From the IMG/VR virus record IMGVR_UViG_3300037070_004147: DNA of 64,000 nt, one strand, 5' to 3'. Within the stretch, counting starts at the first letter, position 1. The number at the start of each line of letters is the position of its first letter. Both the position numbers and the translations under genes were made by a program. This document shows, piece after piece, positions 28,577-39,441 of the stretch. The notes beneath the pieces are model-generated. The model was given only the letters and a program-made list of their open reading frames with translations. It had not been told where the DNA came from and did not search any database. Source of the stretch: an uncultured virus (IMG/VR IMGVR_UViG_3300037070_004147) (Duplodnaviria; Heunggongvirae; Uroviricota; Caudoviricetes).

Positions 28577-29043
28577 TGGCTGGTCCAGTTCTTACCTTCA
28601 GGATCGAAGGCCTGAGCGAGCTTCAGGCAACGTTGGCCGATTTGCCCAAGGCCACTCAGCGGAACGTCGTTAAACGTGTGCTTGCTAAGCGAGCAGAGCC
28701 GGTCGCCGCGGCGGCCAGAGCGTTAGCGCCTTACGATGAAAAGGCTGGCGGACGACACCTGAGGGATTCAATTACGGTCAGTGACAAGCTAACGCCGCGT
28801 CAGGCTTCGCTGAATCGTAATTACTTCAAGCAGGGTGCTGTTGAGATGTACATTGGTGCCGGTCCATTACGGCAGGCTACTTTCATGGAATTTGGCACCT
28901 TTAAGGATCCTCAGCAGCCCTTTCTCAGGCCGGCCTGGGATGCTCTAGGTAAGGCGGTGCTTGAGGGTATTAAGGACGATCTTTGGGCCGAGATAAGCAA
29001 GGCGGCCGGCCGCAGAGCCCGCAAGCTCGCTAAGGCAGGATGA
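28576..29043 (+). CDS. HK97 gp10-like tail component
   Basis: IEGLSEL..LRDSI..EFGT..QPFLRPAWD. Confidence 0.85.
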   Translation: MAGPVLTFRIEGLSELQATLADLPKATQRNVVKRVLAKRAEPVAAAARALAPYDEKAGGRHLRDSITVSDKLTPRQASLNRNYFKQGAVEMYIGAGPLRQATFMEFGTFKDPQQPFLRPAWDALGKAVLEGIKDDLWAEISKAAGRRARKLAKAG

Positions 29044-29444
29044 TGGCACTCGAGGAAGACTTCCGCTCGCTGATTACGGCTAACGCACCGCTTATGGCGC
29101 TAGTGCGTGTAGTTGCGTGGAATGAGAGGCCTCAGGGCAGTCAGCTTCCAGCCATCACGCTCAACCTCATTTCCCAGCCGCATCGCTATACCTATAGCGG
29201 GGCGGATACCCTAATTCAGTCCAGGGTGCAGGCAGATATCTGGGCACTTAGTACAAAGGCTGTTATTGATATAGACCGCCTGCTTGTTCCGGTGGTAGAT
29301 GGCTTTCGAGGGACCATAGGTAATACAGAGTTTTCTGTGATCTTTATTGAATCTAGGTTCGATGGGACCGAAGACCCGGCGACGGGATCGGCGCCGATCC
29401 ACCGCATCTCGCGCGACCTTATGGTCAATCACAAGGAGGCTTAA
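29040..29444 (+). CDS. tail terminator (DUF3168-like)
   Basis: RPQGSQLPAITL..RVQADIWA; position. Confidence 0.8.
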   Translation: MMALEEDFRSLITANAPLMALVRVVAWNERPQGSQLPAITLNLISQPHRYTYSGADTLIQSRVQADIWALSTKAVIDIDRLLVPVVDGFRGTIGNTEFSVIFIESRFDGTEDPATGSAPIHRISRDLMVNHKEA

Positions 29445-29449
29445 CTTAA

Positions 29450-29863
29450 ATGTCAGACGCAATTCTTGGCTATGGCATCACTTACGAGATCGCCGCGGCG
29501 AACGGCAATACCTTTCATCCTCTCGGGGAAGTTTCGGATATTGAGTTGCCGTCGGACGAGACCGAGGAAGTTGATGTCACGCACTACGAGTCCCCCAACA
29601 GGACCCGTGAGTTCATCGCCGGCATGATCAATACCGGTGACGGCTCGTTCACCATCAACTGGATCCCCGGTAACGGCACTGATCTCTTGCTGCGCGATCT
29701 GCGTATCTCGGGCGAAGTGCGTACGCATCGGATCACGTTTCCCAATGCGGTGTATGTGACCTTCCCTGGCTTCATCAAGGGTTACACCCCTCAGGCGCCA
29801 GTGGACGATAAAATGTCGGCGCAGTTCACCGTTAAAAAGGCCGGCGCGGAGACTTGGGGTTAA
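29450..29863 (+). CDS. tail tube (major tail) protein
   Basis: VDVTHYESP..REFIAG..INWIPG; position. Confidence 0.85.
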   Translation: MSDAILGYGITYEIAAANGNTFHPLGEVSDIELPSDETEEVDVTHYESPNRTREFIAGMINTGDGSFTINWIPGNGTDLLLRDLRISGEVRTHRITFPNAVYVTFPGFIKGYTPQAPVDDKMSAQFTVKKAGAETWG

Positions 29864-29869
29864 TCGACC

Positions 29870-30229
29870 ATGGCGAACAAATCTCGCGGTGAGCTTAAGC
29901 TTCCCGGAACCGAGTACACGATCCGCTACACTATTAACTCGCTTTGCGAGCTGGAGTCAGCGGCTAATGTCTCGATTCCGGAACTTCTAGAGAAGCTTCA
30001 AAACCGACCGACCCTGTCGGTCATTAGAACCCTTCTCTGGGGAGGACTCAGGTACCATCATCCTAATGTCACCCTCGATGACGCGGGAGACTTGATGGGG
30101 GAAGTTTTCACTTCAGAGGACACCGTTAAGATTATTAGTGAGGCTTTGGCGGCATCTCTTAACCCGAAGGGTAAGGACACAGAAGAGGACGCAGGCGAAA
30201 AAAAAGAACAGCGCCTCGCGACTGGCTAG
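29870..30229 (+). CDS. tail assembly chaperone (G)
   Basis: TINSLCELE..LLWGGL..H; between tube and tape measure. Confidence 0.85.
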   Translation: MANKSRGELKLPGTEYTIRYTINSLCELESAANVSIPELLEKLQNRPTLSVIRTLLWGGLRYHHPNVTLDDAGDLMGEVFTSEDTVKIISEALAASLNPKGKDTEEDAGEKKEQRLATG

Positions 30230-30501
30230 AACTTCTCGCTGAGTACATCGCGTGCGGGGGGGATTCGGAAACCTTCTGGAACATAACTCCACGGGAACTA
30301 TCGGCTCATTTTCGGGGCGCGGCATTAAGGGCGAACAGAGAGCATGATGCGAGAGCTTGGCTGGCGTGGCATACCGCGGCGCTGCCTGGGGCTAAGAAAT
30401 TCCCCAAATTCGAAGACTTCATATCCGGGAAGCCGAAAGCCAAAGCAAAGAAGTCTGCCCAAGAGTTGGAAAATATGATTAGGTTCTGGTTGAGAACCTA
30501 G
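30205..30501 (+). CDS. tail assembly chaperone T segment, -1 frameshift extension
   Basis: A8 run at 30198-30205; -1 frame open to TAG 30501 with FWNITPRE motif; no own start. Confidence 0.8.
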   Translation, partial: RTAPRDWLELLAEYIACGGDSETFWNITPRELSAHFRGAALRANREHDARAWLAWHTAALPGAKKFPKFEDFISGKPKAKAKKSAQELENMIRFWLRT

Positions 30502-30515
30502 GGGAGTTATAAGCT

Positions 30516-32441
30516 ATGCCCAGTTCAGTTATTGGCTCCCTGAGAATTAACCTAGGGCTTGACGCAGCATCGTTGGACCCAGGCCTTCAGAAAGCCAGTT
30601 CCAGTTTTAAGAAGTTCGGCAACGACGTTGAGCAAAGCACGCGGCGTGGCCGAGATGGTATGGGCAAGTTTGGCCGTGGCGTCCAGAACTTCAGCTATCA
30701 GGCTCAGGACTTTGTCGTTCAGGTTTCCGGCGGGACTAGCGCTCTACGAGCTTTAGGTCAGCAGCTTCCGCAGGCACTCGGTAGCTTCGGCTTGCTAGGC
30801 GCTGCCGTTGGTATCGTCGCGGCCAGCTTACCTATCGTCATCACCTTATTCAAGAATATGGGCAGCGAGAGCCTGAATCTGTCCGGCAGCATTACGCTTC
30901 TTGAGGATTCACTCAAGGGCCTTAACGAATCCGGAGTGCATGCGGCTCAGGATATAACTGACAAGTTTAACGTAGCCTTTCAGGCCATAGCTGAAAACAA
31001 GGCTCGGGTGGCCATCGAGACGGTTAGGGCCGAATTCCAATCGCTAACCGCTACTACAAAGGAAGTGTCTAACGGGTTTCTTGGGTTGTTCGCGGCAGGC
31101 GAAGGGTTGCTTGCGCAGTCTAAGATGGTGGAGGGGTGGCAGCGCTTAGGTAAGGCGCTTAATCTTAGCGATGACAACGCTAAGCGTCTGGACGCCTCTT
31201 TGACCGAATTGGCCAATTCGGCGCCCGAGAAACTTACTCAGAATGCTCAGAAAACTCTGGCAATCATGGCGGAGATTGCCAATGTGGCCACCACCGCAGT
31301 GGGTCCAGAGTTCGAACAACTGGAAAAGGACGTCCGTCTTACCGCCACGAACGCTGCGACGTTAGCGTCCAACACGGGTGGCGCAAACGCCGCTGCGGTC
31401 TCTCTGTTGACGACGTGGGGCTCCTTGGCCGCAGCCGCTCAGTCGACTGCCGGCTGGGCAGCGGCGGCCGCATCCGCCACGGCGCGGGCCACGCAACAAG
31501 CCGCCAATATGTCAAAGGCAGTCTCCTCCATCAGGGGAGGCGCCGGGACGGCCTTTGGCGGTAAGCCGGGGTCTTCGGCCAGTGATTTCTCCGTAAGCGG
31601 TATCCCTGGTTTCAGCGGTGCCGCGTCTTCTTCTGGTTTTGACAATTTGGGTACGGTGATCACTGAGGCCCCCTCATTAGGTGGAGGCGGCGGTGGCGGT
31701 GGCGGTCTTAGCGATGAGGCTAAGGAGCTTAAGAAGCACTTAGACGAGTTGAAATCTTCGGCGGAGGCGGTGTTTGCTAACACGAGGACTCCCGCCGAAG
31801 CCTTTGCGATCCAGATGCGTGACATCAACGAGTTGCTTACCACCGGCAACATTGACTTGGTCACGTGGGATCGGGCGGTGGCGCAGGCTAAGCAGACCCT
31901 GGCTGAGGCCGGAGAGGAAGGGTCGGACACGTTCAGAAACTTCTCAGACGATTTCGGCGACGCTGTCTCGAGCATCGTGCAGGGCACCTCTTCGATCGGC
32001 GAGGCGTTCTCGGATCTTTTCGCGCAGATTTCTGGCGACCTTATCTCCTCTGGCATCACCAGCGCGCTGTCGGGACTCTTCGGAGCCGCAGCATCTGGCG
32101 GCAAGCCGGCTAGCCCCGGTTTGTTTAGTGGGTTCTTGGGCGCCATGGGCATTAAGACATACGCGAGCGGCACACGCTACGCTGCCGGTGGCCTATCGCT
32201 GGTGGGAGAAGCTGGTCCGGAGTTGATCAATCTTCGGCGTGGTGCGCAGGTTCACCCCAACGGCAGCTTTGGCGGCAACGTGGTGACATTCGCCCCCACA
32301 ATTCATGCGCCTGGGGCAGACGCGGCCGGGCTCCAACAGGTACGCTCGGAAATGCAGGCGCAGTTCCTTGAGTTCAAAACCACGTTCCGTGATAATGTAG
32401 CTAACAGTAACCGCGACCATAGGTATCGAGGGCGGGTGTAG
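30516..32441 (+). CDS. tape measure protein
   Basis: IGSLRINLGLD start, QAQDFVVQ..QQLPQ, A/G-rich helices, VGEAGPE. Confidence 0.9.
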   Translation: MPSSVIGSLRINLGLDAASLDPGLQKASSSFKKFGNDVEQSTRRGRDGMGKFGRGVQNFSYQAQDFVVQVSGGTSALRALGQQLPQALGSFGLLGAAVGIVAASLPIVITLFKNMGSESLNLSGSITLLEDSLKGLNESGVHAAQDITDKFNVAFQAIAENKARVAIETVRAEFQSLTATTKEVSNGFLGLFAAGEGLLAQSKMVEGWQRLGKALNLSDDNAKRLDASLTELANSAPEKLTQNAQKTLAIMAEIANVATTAVGPEFEQLEKDVRLTATNAATLASNTGGANAAAVSLLTTWGSLAAAAQSTAGWAAAAASATARATQQAANMSKAVSSIRGGAGTAFGGKPGSSASDFSVSGIPGFSGAASSSGFDNLGTVITEAPSLGGGGGGGGGLSDEAKELKKHLDELKSSAEAVFANTRTPAEAFAIQMRDINELLTTGNIDLVTWDRAVAQAKQTLAEAGEEGSDTFRNFSDDFGDAVSSIVQGTSSIGEAFSDLFAQISGDLISSGITSALSGLFGAAASGGKPASPGLFSGFLGAMGIKTYASGTRYAAGGLSLVGEAGPELINLRRGAQVHPNGSFGGNVVTFAPTIHAPGADAAGLQQVRSEMQAQFLEFKTTFRDNVANSNRDHRYRGRV

Positions 32442-33083
32442 ATGGGCTTCTCTAGCTTTCCGGTCCCTCTCGACGAGTTCATTGATCTCGTTCCGATTCG
32501 CTCCGTTCACTGGGCCCTGAAGGAGTTCATCGATACCTCGGGCATGCCTCAGCACATGATCACCGCGCAGTTTGCGGACCCGCTGTGGACTGCGACGATC
32601 ACCACTTCGGTGATGACCGATTTGCAAGCCCGTCTGGTCCGCGGATACATGCGCCGCATCGGAGCGCACGGCACGTTTCTGCTTTACGACTCCTCATGCC
32701 TATACCCAGCCTTGGATCCGGATGGCAGTGAGATTGCCGGCAATAATGTGACGGTGTCTCAGGTGGGCAACGACAATCGATCCATCCGCCTTAGCGGACT
32801 TCCGGGCGGATATCGCCTTCGCTGGGGCGACAGAATTCAAGTCAGGTACTCCTCGCCAGTATCTTATAACGTCTATGAGGTCAGCGACGTCGCCACGGCC
32901 ACCAGCGGCGGAGTGACCAATATGTTTGAGGTTACCCCGCCTTTGCGGGTTGGCATCCAGGCCGGCAACAGCGTCGGCATTCGCAGGCCGTCAGCCAAGA
33001 TGCAGTTTCTCAATTACGATCCTGGCATCTCCGAGATCGGCTTTACCCAGCCGATGACTTTTGAATGCATTGAGGTTCCATGA
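32442..33083 (+). CDS. distal tail protein-like
   Basis: Position after tape measure, 213 aa. Confidence 0.65.
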   Translation: MGFSSFPVPLDEFIDLVPIRSVHWALKEFIDTSGMPQHMITAQFADPLWTATITTSVMTDLQARLVRGYMRRIGAHGTFLLYDSSCLYPALDPDGSEIAGNNVTVSQVGNDNRSIRLSGLPGGYRLRWGDRIQVRYSSPVSYNVYEVSDVATATSGGVTNMFEVTPPLRVGIQAGNSVGIRRPSAKMQFLNYDPGISEIGFTQPMTFECIEVP

Positions 33084-33730
33084 CGCTTGCGATTAATGCC
33101 GCGGCACAGGCGCAACGTGAACTCCGCGCAGGGTTCGCGGTTCATTATCTTGTGTGGATTGACGCCAAGAACCGAGACACCGGTCAGGTGCAGGGCGTGG
33201 GCTTCTGGACGGGCTGGCGTTCCGAAAACATCACCGTAACGGATCAGTTTTCTGGCGTGGTGCAGACGCTTCCGTTCCAGGCAGGTGCGCTGATTAAGGT
33301 TAAGGATCTCAGGTTTGAGTCTGGCCTGAACATCCGCCCAGTGACCATATCACTAAGTCGGCTGAACGAGTCGGTGCTTGTCGCCATGATGGAGTACGAG
33401 CCTCGGGGCGCTCCGATCCAACTGTGGAAGCGCACCTACAATACCAACGGCGTTCCTCTGGGGGTGGAGGCCCTCGATAAGGGGTCAGTTAACAAGGCCC
33501 CCAGCGAACATCCAGCTGGCGGCGGCGAGTGGACTATTGAGGCTGAGTTCGTTTCTGACGTACGTTCATTGACGGTCACCTCTACCGGCAGCAAGAGCAA
33601 CGAGTCACAGAAGAAGCGTATGGGTGATCTAATCAGGCAGCACAAAACGGTAGCAGCCGATTGGACAGTCCATTGGGGGACTAAAGATATCCGGCACGGT
33701 AAGGGCGGAAACTCGGGGAACTTCTCTTGA
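33080..33730 (+). CDS. tail tip / hub protein
   Basis: GFWTG motif, position. Confidence 0.6.
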   Translation: MTLAINAAAQAQRELRAGFAVHYLVWIDAKNRDTGQVQGVGFWTGWRSENITVTDQFSGVVQTLPFQAGALIKVKDLRFESGLNIRPVTISLSRLNESVLVAMMEYEPRGAPIQLWKRTYNTNGVPLGVEALDKGSVNKAPSEHPAGGGEWTIEAEFVSDVRSLTVTSTGSKSNESQKKRMGDLIRQHKTVAADWTVHWGTKDIRHGKGGNSGNFS

Positions 33731-34137
33731 AGCGTAATTCCAACTGGCGCTCTCAGTTAATAGAGTACATTGACAGGGCCCGGCAGCATCCGTTCGAATA
33801 CGGAGAGCAGGATTGCGCCCTCTTCGTTGCTCAGGCTATTGAGGTTATGACGGGCGTTGATTTATTTAGCGACTTGAAAGGGGAATATGCTTCCCTAGAA
33901 GAGGGAATTGAAAAGCTTAAAGTTAGCGGCTTCACAGATCACATCGATATGGTGTCTAAGATCTTCGATGAGCATCGGAATAAAGCTAATACGCAGATGG
34001 GCGATATAGCCATCATTGACACACCGCAAGGACAAGCTCTCGGGATAGTCGGCGGCGCTGAGATCTTCGTGATGCGTGAGAAGGGTTTGGGAACTATGCC
34101 GCTGATGTCTGCCACTCGTACGTTCAAGGTCGGCTAA
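33727..34137 (+). CDS. NlpC/P60-like tail assembly protein (DUF6950-like)
   Basis: PFEYGEQDCALF..MTGVD..GDIA. Confidence 0.75.
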   Translation: MKRNSNWRSQLIEYIDRARQHPFEYGEQDCALFVAQAIEVMTGVDLFSDLKGEYASLEEGIEKLKVSGFTDHIDMVSKIFDEHRNKANTQMGDIAIIDTPQGQALGIVGGAEIFVMREKGLGTMPLMSATRTFKVG

Positions 34138-37100
34138 ATGCCTCCTGTCGTCGCAGCAGTAGGCGGCGCAGCCACCAGTTTCGCGCTTGCCACCGGGGCT
34201 TCGACCGCGGCGGCAACGGCGTTCGGCACCTTCGCCGGTCAAGCATTCGTCAACATCGCGGCCGGTGTTGCCCTGTCCGCAGTCTCTCGTGCGCTGGCTC
34301 CGCAGCCGGAGACTACCAGTCGAGGCACCAAGGTCTCTATCACCGTTGGCGAGGATCAGCCGCAGTCGTTCTTCCTGGGCAAGTACGCCACGGCCGGTGA
34401 CTTGCTGTATCACGGCAGCTGGGGCACCGAGGGCGACACGCCCAACATGTATTACGTGCAGGTGATCGAACTATCCGATCGCCCCGCACGGTTTAGCCGT
34501 GTCTGGGTTAATGATGCGTACGGCACCCTTGCCGGCACCGAGGATGACGAAGGTCGCGGCTTTGCCGTCGAGGAGTTCAAGAGTCCGAACACCGGCAAAG
34601 ACAATCTCTGGATCAAGTTTTACGACGGAACCCAGACGGTTGCGGACCCATATCTAGTCTCCAAGTTCGCCGAGGAAGAGACGCGGCCGTGGACGTCCGC
34701 CATGATCGGCCGAGGCATGGCTTACGCCATCGTCACGGCTCGCTACAAGCCGGAGATCAATCAGGACAAGCCAGACTGTCTCTTTGAATTGCGAGCCTGG
34801 GGGCTTTACGACCGACGCAAGGACAGCACGGCATCAGGCTCTGGGGCCCAGCGCTGGACCGACTGGCGGACGTGGCAGCCGTCTGACAACCCGGTCGTGA
34901 TGATCGACAACATCCTTCGCGGCATCCGAGATCCCATCACCGATCAGTTCATGTGGGGCGGCCCGAATATCGACAACACGTCCAAGCCGGCGAGCGTTTG
35001 GTTCGCGGCTATGAACGCTTGCGACGAGACTCTCACGCTTCCTAACAGCAATACTGATGTAAGGTATCGGGCTGGGCTTGAGGTCCGCGTTGACGAAGAG
35101 CCGGCGGCGATTATCGAGGAATTGCTGAAGGCGTGCTCCGGCGAGATAGCCGTCGCCGCCGGCAAGTGGATTATCAAGGTTGGCATTACAGCGCCCGTGT
35201 ACGCCTTCACGGATGCCACGATGATCACCACTGCGACGGACCAGTTCGATCCGTTCCCGCAGCTGGACGATGCCTACAACGAGGTGCAAGCGAAGCATCC
35301 GGAACCAGAAGAGGGCTGGAACGCTAAGGACGCGCCGCCTCGAAAGAACGAAATCTATCTCGCCGAGGACGGTGGCAAACGGAATGTCGCGGACATCAGC
35401 TTCAAGGCCGTGCCTTACTGGCGACAGGTGCAGCGCCTTATGGCTGCGGCGCTCAATGATGGCCGTAGGTTCCGGCGGCACACGGTAGTTCTTCCGCCTG
35501 AGGCGCAGTTCCTTTCGCCGCTGGATGAGGTGTCGTGGACGTCCGTCAGGTACGGATATTCCAACAAGAAGTTTGCCATCGATCTGGTCGAGCATCTCGC
35601 CAACGGAACGGTGGCGGTTTCTCTGCGTGAGCGGGACCCGACAGACTACGACTGGGATGATGGCCTGACTGTGCCGGTTGTTCCGGTCACGCCCGGTGTC
35701 GTCGTCCCGCGGCCTCCGCAGGTTGCTGCGTTCGAAGTCGAGGGCGTCGCCATCCTCGATACTAATGGCGTCCCGAGGCGGGCGGCTATCAAGCTGCTCA
35801 CGACTCCGGCTGCCAACGTCACGGGCATTCGCTATCGTGTCTTCCTGGCCGAATCGATGGCGCAGCTGCCGGCCAACACTATGGCCAACCCCGGAGACAC
35901 CGAGACGGTCTCCACAGAGACGATGTCGCTCGAGGACGATCCGGCGGCCCTGGCTGGCGTGCCGGCGACGTACAGCGTGCTGACGGACGTTGACGGCGAA
36001 GCCTACATCACCGACGGCATCCTGCCGAACGAAGACTATCTCGTTCAGATCCTCTTCGAGCCGGTAACCACCAATCGTCTCTGGTCGGAATTGAAGCCGG
36101 TCCACACCCCGGACATCCGCATCGGCGAGCCAGACCTTGATGACGTAATCACCGATAAGATCCGAAAGGCTCAGGAAGACGCCGATGCTGCGGCTGCTGA
36201 CGCTGTAGCAGCGCTGGCTGCGGCCGATGAGGCTACCGCATTAGTCCAGGGATTGAGCGGCCCCGTGCTCGCTCAGCTTCAGACGCTGGCCGATCAGCTG
36301 GCTGGTCTGCAAACTGGCGACGTTCAGGAGCTAATGGGCATCGCTGTCGCCGGCCTGCATCGTGGTTGGGCCAAGGACCCGACATTCAACTACTGGACGG
36401 GCACCGCCCCAACCTGGGTCCCGACGTACTGGGATAGTGTTGGCTTCAGCACTTTCGCCAGCAAGTCAACTGCTGGATTTTATCCAAGCTCCTTGCTGCT
36501 CACCATACCAACCGGCACGCACACGGTTTATGTCCGTGGATCTTCCCTCACTGCAAACCAACTGCCAGCGGCAGATTTTGCGGCCCCCTATGTGGTTATG
36601 GGTGTCCTCCTGCGCGTGCTCTCTGGCAGCGCCACCGGCGCTCAGGCCAGGATTGAATGGCATCGCGTCTCTAGCGGATCGTGGATAAGGGGACACGCGC
36701 TTGGCCAGGACAACAGCCTGGGGCTTTTCGGAACGTGGGGCTTTTCCAACGCCGTCGATCGCATGCAGAGCAAGGAGGTGGTTTGGGAAAAGCCATTTGC
36801 CGACGCGGCAGACGGGATGCGCATTCACTTCGAGTTTAAGGGGGCATCTTCCGGAACGTCCGCTCTAACTATGCGCCTTGATTATCTGGACGTCCGCGGC
36901 GCGACCGAAGGAGAGATTGCCGGATACGTAGCGGACGAGCACGCTGAGGCTGCGATCAATCAGTTCGCGGTTACGATAACGGGCCCAGGCGGGGCGCTTG
37001 CGGCGCTTCAGACCTCTTTGCGGGCGGAGTTTGCCGCGGCTGACGCCAGCATCGTCGACACATTCATTGTTGTCGGCGGCGACACTACGGCTATGGCCGG

Positions 37101-39024
37101 TAGGATTACCACGCTGGAGGCTCGGTTCGGCGGGCAGAACTTCGTTCAGAACCCTATCTTTGAAGACGGATTCCGTGCAGTTGGAGAGGAGCCAGATTGG
37201 TGGGACTTCTGGCCGGTAACATTCACCGTCATACCTCGCGATCCGGCATCTGGTATTTCGGCTCTTGCTAACGCGCCTACGAGATTTGTCGCAAAGTCTG
37301 TGTACGACGCCAGCATAGCGCGAGTAGCCCGCGCGCACGGCCCCCAGCCTATTGTCCCCGGTGAGAAGCTTAACGCTTCTTTTCGCTGCGCTGGGTTCGG
37401 TACCAACTTCGAAGCGAGAATGAGTATCAGCGTCCGCTTCATCGCGGCGGATAAGCTGACCACAGTCTCTCTGGTGACCAAGACTCATCAGGTGCAGGCT
37501 CCCCCAACGTGGAGGAAAACCGATTTCGCCGTCGTTGTAGACGGCGGCACTGTTCCTCCGTTTACGGCACCGGCTGGTGCGGGATATTTTGAGACGTATA
37601 TTCGCCGCGAGATCGGAGGCGGCAATCCGGATAACTTCGTACTCTTCACGAACGTCGAGGTCACTAAGGTTGAGGATGTCGCCTACGCTCGAGCGTCTGA
37701 ATCCTTGGTGGCGTCCAGCACGGCCAGCGCAGCAGTCGCCGCATGGGACTTGCAGGTCAGGGCATCCTTCGCTGACTTTAACTCCATGGTGCATGCCACA
37801 GCTGCGGCCGTGGCAACGACCGACAAGGCCGCATCTGCCTTCGTCATCCGCGCTACCGCAGGCGGCGGCTCAGCAGGCCTGAGGATCGTTGCGTGGGACA
37901 ACGATGAGGTCGGCTCCGGCGGAGCGGTAGTTCTCGACGGAGACAACGTCATCGCCCCTGGCACAATGTCAGTGGGCACTTTGGTTGTGACCGATCTTGG
38001 GCATAACATGGTGCCGGACGACCAGATCCAGTCTGGGCGAGATTGGACCGGCGCAGACTTCTTCGTGATTCCGAATAGCACCGATGCGAACCCCGATAGC
38101 ATCGGTGAGATGCGGTATAATCACACGCTCGGCACCATCGCCCGTACCACGTCTTCCGGTGGGATCTCGCAAGCGTTTCCCGTGCGTCCTGGGCAGAGGC
38201 TGCAGTGTACCTACCAAGCCAGAAGGCTTGGCGGCACCCGAATGGTGGCCCGCATCCAGCTGCAATGGTATGATCGTAGCGGTGTCGCCATCTCTCCGAC
38301 AAACAGCACCTTTGGAGATCTGGACACCACGACCACTAACTTATTGACGGCAACGGCTAGGGTTATCGTGCCGGCGACGGCGCGGCGTTGTCGGTTCCAG
38401 TTCGTTGCGATGCCTGGGACTGATTCCAGCATTCGCTTCTTCTCGCCCTCGGTGATTTCCAACGAAGACGCGTCGGTGCTGATTACGCCGGATGGCGCGT
38501 TCTTCAACGAGTTGACGGCGCAGACTCTGTGGGTCGGCACGGCCAACATTAAAGATCTTAACGTCTCTCGTATCAAGGTCGGAACTGGCGCGGTTTCCAA
38601 CCAGTCAGTGGCGTTCAGGCTGACTGATACGGCGATTCCGGGTGACTCCGCGTTCATTACCGTGCTAACTACCAGCATCACCAAGACGGCAGACGAGGCC
38701 GCCATGGTTCACCTGTACTTGGAGTTGGTGACAAGCGCCCAGTTCCAATGGAGCGCAGGGCTTACCACTACTGGCATCACCGACTGGCGCATGACTAGAA
38801 ACGGTAATGTAATTTGGACCACAGCCGGTGCGGGCAATGACTTCTTGTACCGTCAATGGTTTCCGGATGTGAGTAATTTTTCTGGGCTGCAGACATATGC
38901 ATTTCAAGTTAGACTGCGTCCCGGCAGTCCGTCCCCAGGTAATACCGGAGCCACTCTTGTTGGTCAGATCCGTAATTTGGTGTACAACAATATAACGATG
39001 GCCATTAGTCAGGTGGTTAAATAG
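34138..39024 (+). CDS. central tail fibre / tip attachment protein (J-like)
   Basis: 1628 aa; LYDRRKDST..W..SDNP; C-terminal carbohydrate-binding-like domains. Confidence 0.88.
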   Translation: MPPVVAAVGGAATSFALATGASTAAATAFGTFAGQAFVNIAAGVALSAVSRALAPQPETTSRGTKVSITVGEDQPQSFFLGKYATAGDLLYHGSWGTEGDTPNMYYVQVIELSDRPARFSRVWVNDAYGTLAGTEDDEGRGFAVEEFKSPNTGKDNLWIKFYDGTQTVADPYLVSKFAEEETRPWTSAMIGRGMAYAIVTARYKPEINQDKPDCLFELRAWGLYDRRKDSTASGSGAQRWTDWRTWQPSDNPVVMIDNILRGIRDPITDQFMWGGPNIDNTSKPASVWFAAMNACDETLTLPNSNTDVRYRAGLEVRVDEEPAAIIEELLKACSGEIAVAAGKWIIKVGITAPVYAFTDATMITTATDQFDPFPQLDDAYNEVQAKHPEPEEGWNAKDAPPRKNEIYLAEDGGKRNVADISFKAVPYWRQVQRLMAAALNDGRRFRRHTVVLPPEAQFLSPLDEVSWTSVRYGYSNKKFAIDLVEHLANGTVAVSLRERDPTDYDWDDGLTVPVVPVTPGVVVPRPPQVAAFEVEGVAILDTNGVPRRAAIKLLTTPAANVTGIRYRVFLAESMAQLPANTMANPGDTETVSTETMSLEDDPAALAGVPATYSVLTDVDGEAYITDGILPNEDYLVQILFEPVTTNRLWSELKPVHTPDIRIGEPDLDDVITDKIRKAQEDADAAAADAVAALAAADEATALVQGLSGPVLAQLQTLADQLAGLQTGDVQELMGIAVAGLHRGWAKDPTFNYWTGTAPTWVPTYWDSVGFSTFASKSTAGFYPSSLLLTIPTGTHTVYVRGSSLTANQLPAADFAAPYVVMGVLLRVLSGSATGAQARIEWHRVSSGSWIRGHALGQDNSLGLFGTWGFSNAVDRMQSKEVVWEKPFADAADGMRIHFEFKGASSGTSALTMRLDYLDVRGATEGEIAGYVADEHAEAAINQFAVTITGPGGALAALQTSLRAEFAAADASIVDTFIVVGGDTTAMAGRITTLEARFGGQNFVQNPIFEDGFRAVGEEPDWWDFWPVTFTVIPRDPASGISALANAPTRFVAKSVYDASIARVARAHGPQPIVPGEKLNASFRCAGFGTNFEARMSISVRFIAADKLTTVSLVTKTHQVQAPPTWRKTDFAVVVDGGTVPPFTAPAGAGYFETYIRREIGGGNPDNFVLFTNVEVTKVEDVAYARASESLVASSTASAAVAAWDLQVRASFADFNSMVHATAAAVATTDKAASAFVIRATAGGGSAGLRIVAWDNDEVGSGGAVVLDGDNVIAPGTMSVGTLVVTDLGHNMVPDDQIQSGRDWTGADFFVIPNSTDANPDSIGEMRYNHTLGTIARTTSSGGISQAFPVRPGQRLQCTYQARRLGGTRMVARIQLQWYDRSGVAISPTNSTFGDLDTTTTNLLTATARVIVPATARRCRFQFVAMPGTDSSIRFFSPSVISNEDASVLITPDGAFFNELTAQTLWVGTANIKDLNVSRIKVGTGAVSNQSVAFRLTDTAIPGDSAFITVLTTSITKTADEAAMVHLYLELVTSAQFQWSAGLTTTGITDWRMTRNGNVIWTTAGAGNDFLYRQWFPDVSNFSGLQTYAFQVRLRPGSPSPGNTGATLVGQIRNLVYNNITMAISQVVK

Positions 39025-39441
39025 ATGGCCGACGAAACCTTAGATAGGCTTTATTATTCACTGTGGGCCCCCGTAACGGGAGACGTCATCCAGACTGGCT
39101 TCGTGAGGTGGCCGGAGGAAGCCGAGCAGTGCGCTATCGTCATGAACCTCAATCTTTATTGGGGTGAGGCGGAATGGATAAATCCAACAACTGGATTGGC
39201 GGGCATCCTTACGAACATAGAAGTTCCGGACGCCATAACTCTTTCCGTTGATGCCGAGTGGATTCTAGCTTTGCCGTTCGAGACCCAGGTATATCAAGAC
39301 GGAACACTCATAGGTACTTCTGTAACTTCTCCGGAAAGTTTCTCTTTCGGCTATCCTGCGGTTTATGAGATGAAGTTCGTGCCACCTCCAGGGTGGCGTC
39401 CCGCAACCACTACAGTAACGGTGATCGACAATGGTGTTTAG
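39025..39441 (+). CDS. hypothetical tail-region protein
   Basis: Abuts the J-like gene. Confidence 0.6.
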   Translation: MADETLDRLYYSLWAPVTGDVIQTGFVRWPEEAEQCAIVMNLNLYWGEAEWINPTTGLAGILTNIEVPDAITLSVDAEWILALPFETQVYQDGTLIGTSVTSPESFSFGYPAVYEMKFVPPPGWRPATTTVTVIDNGV

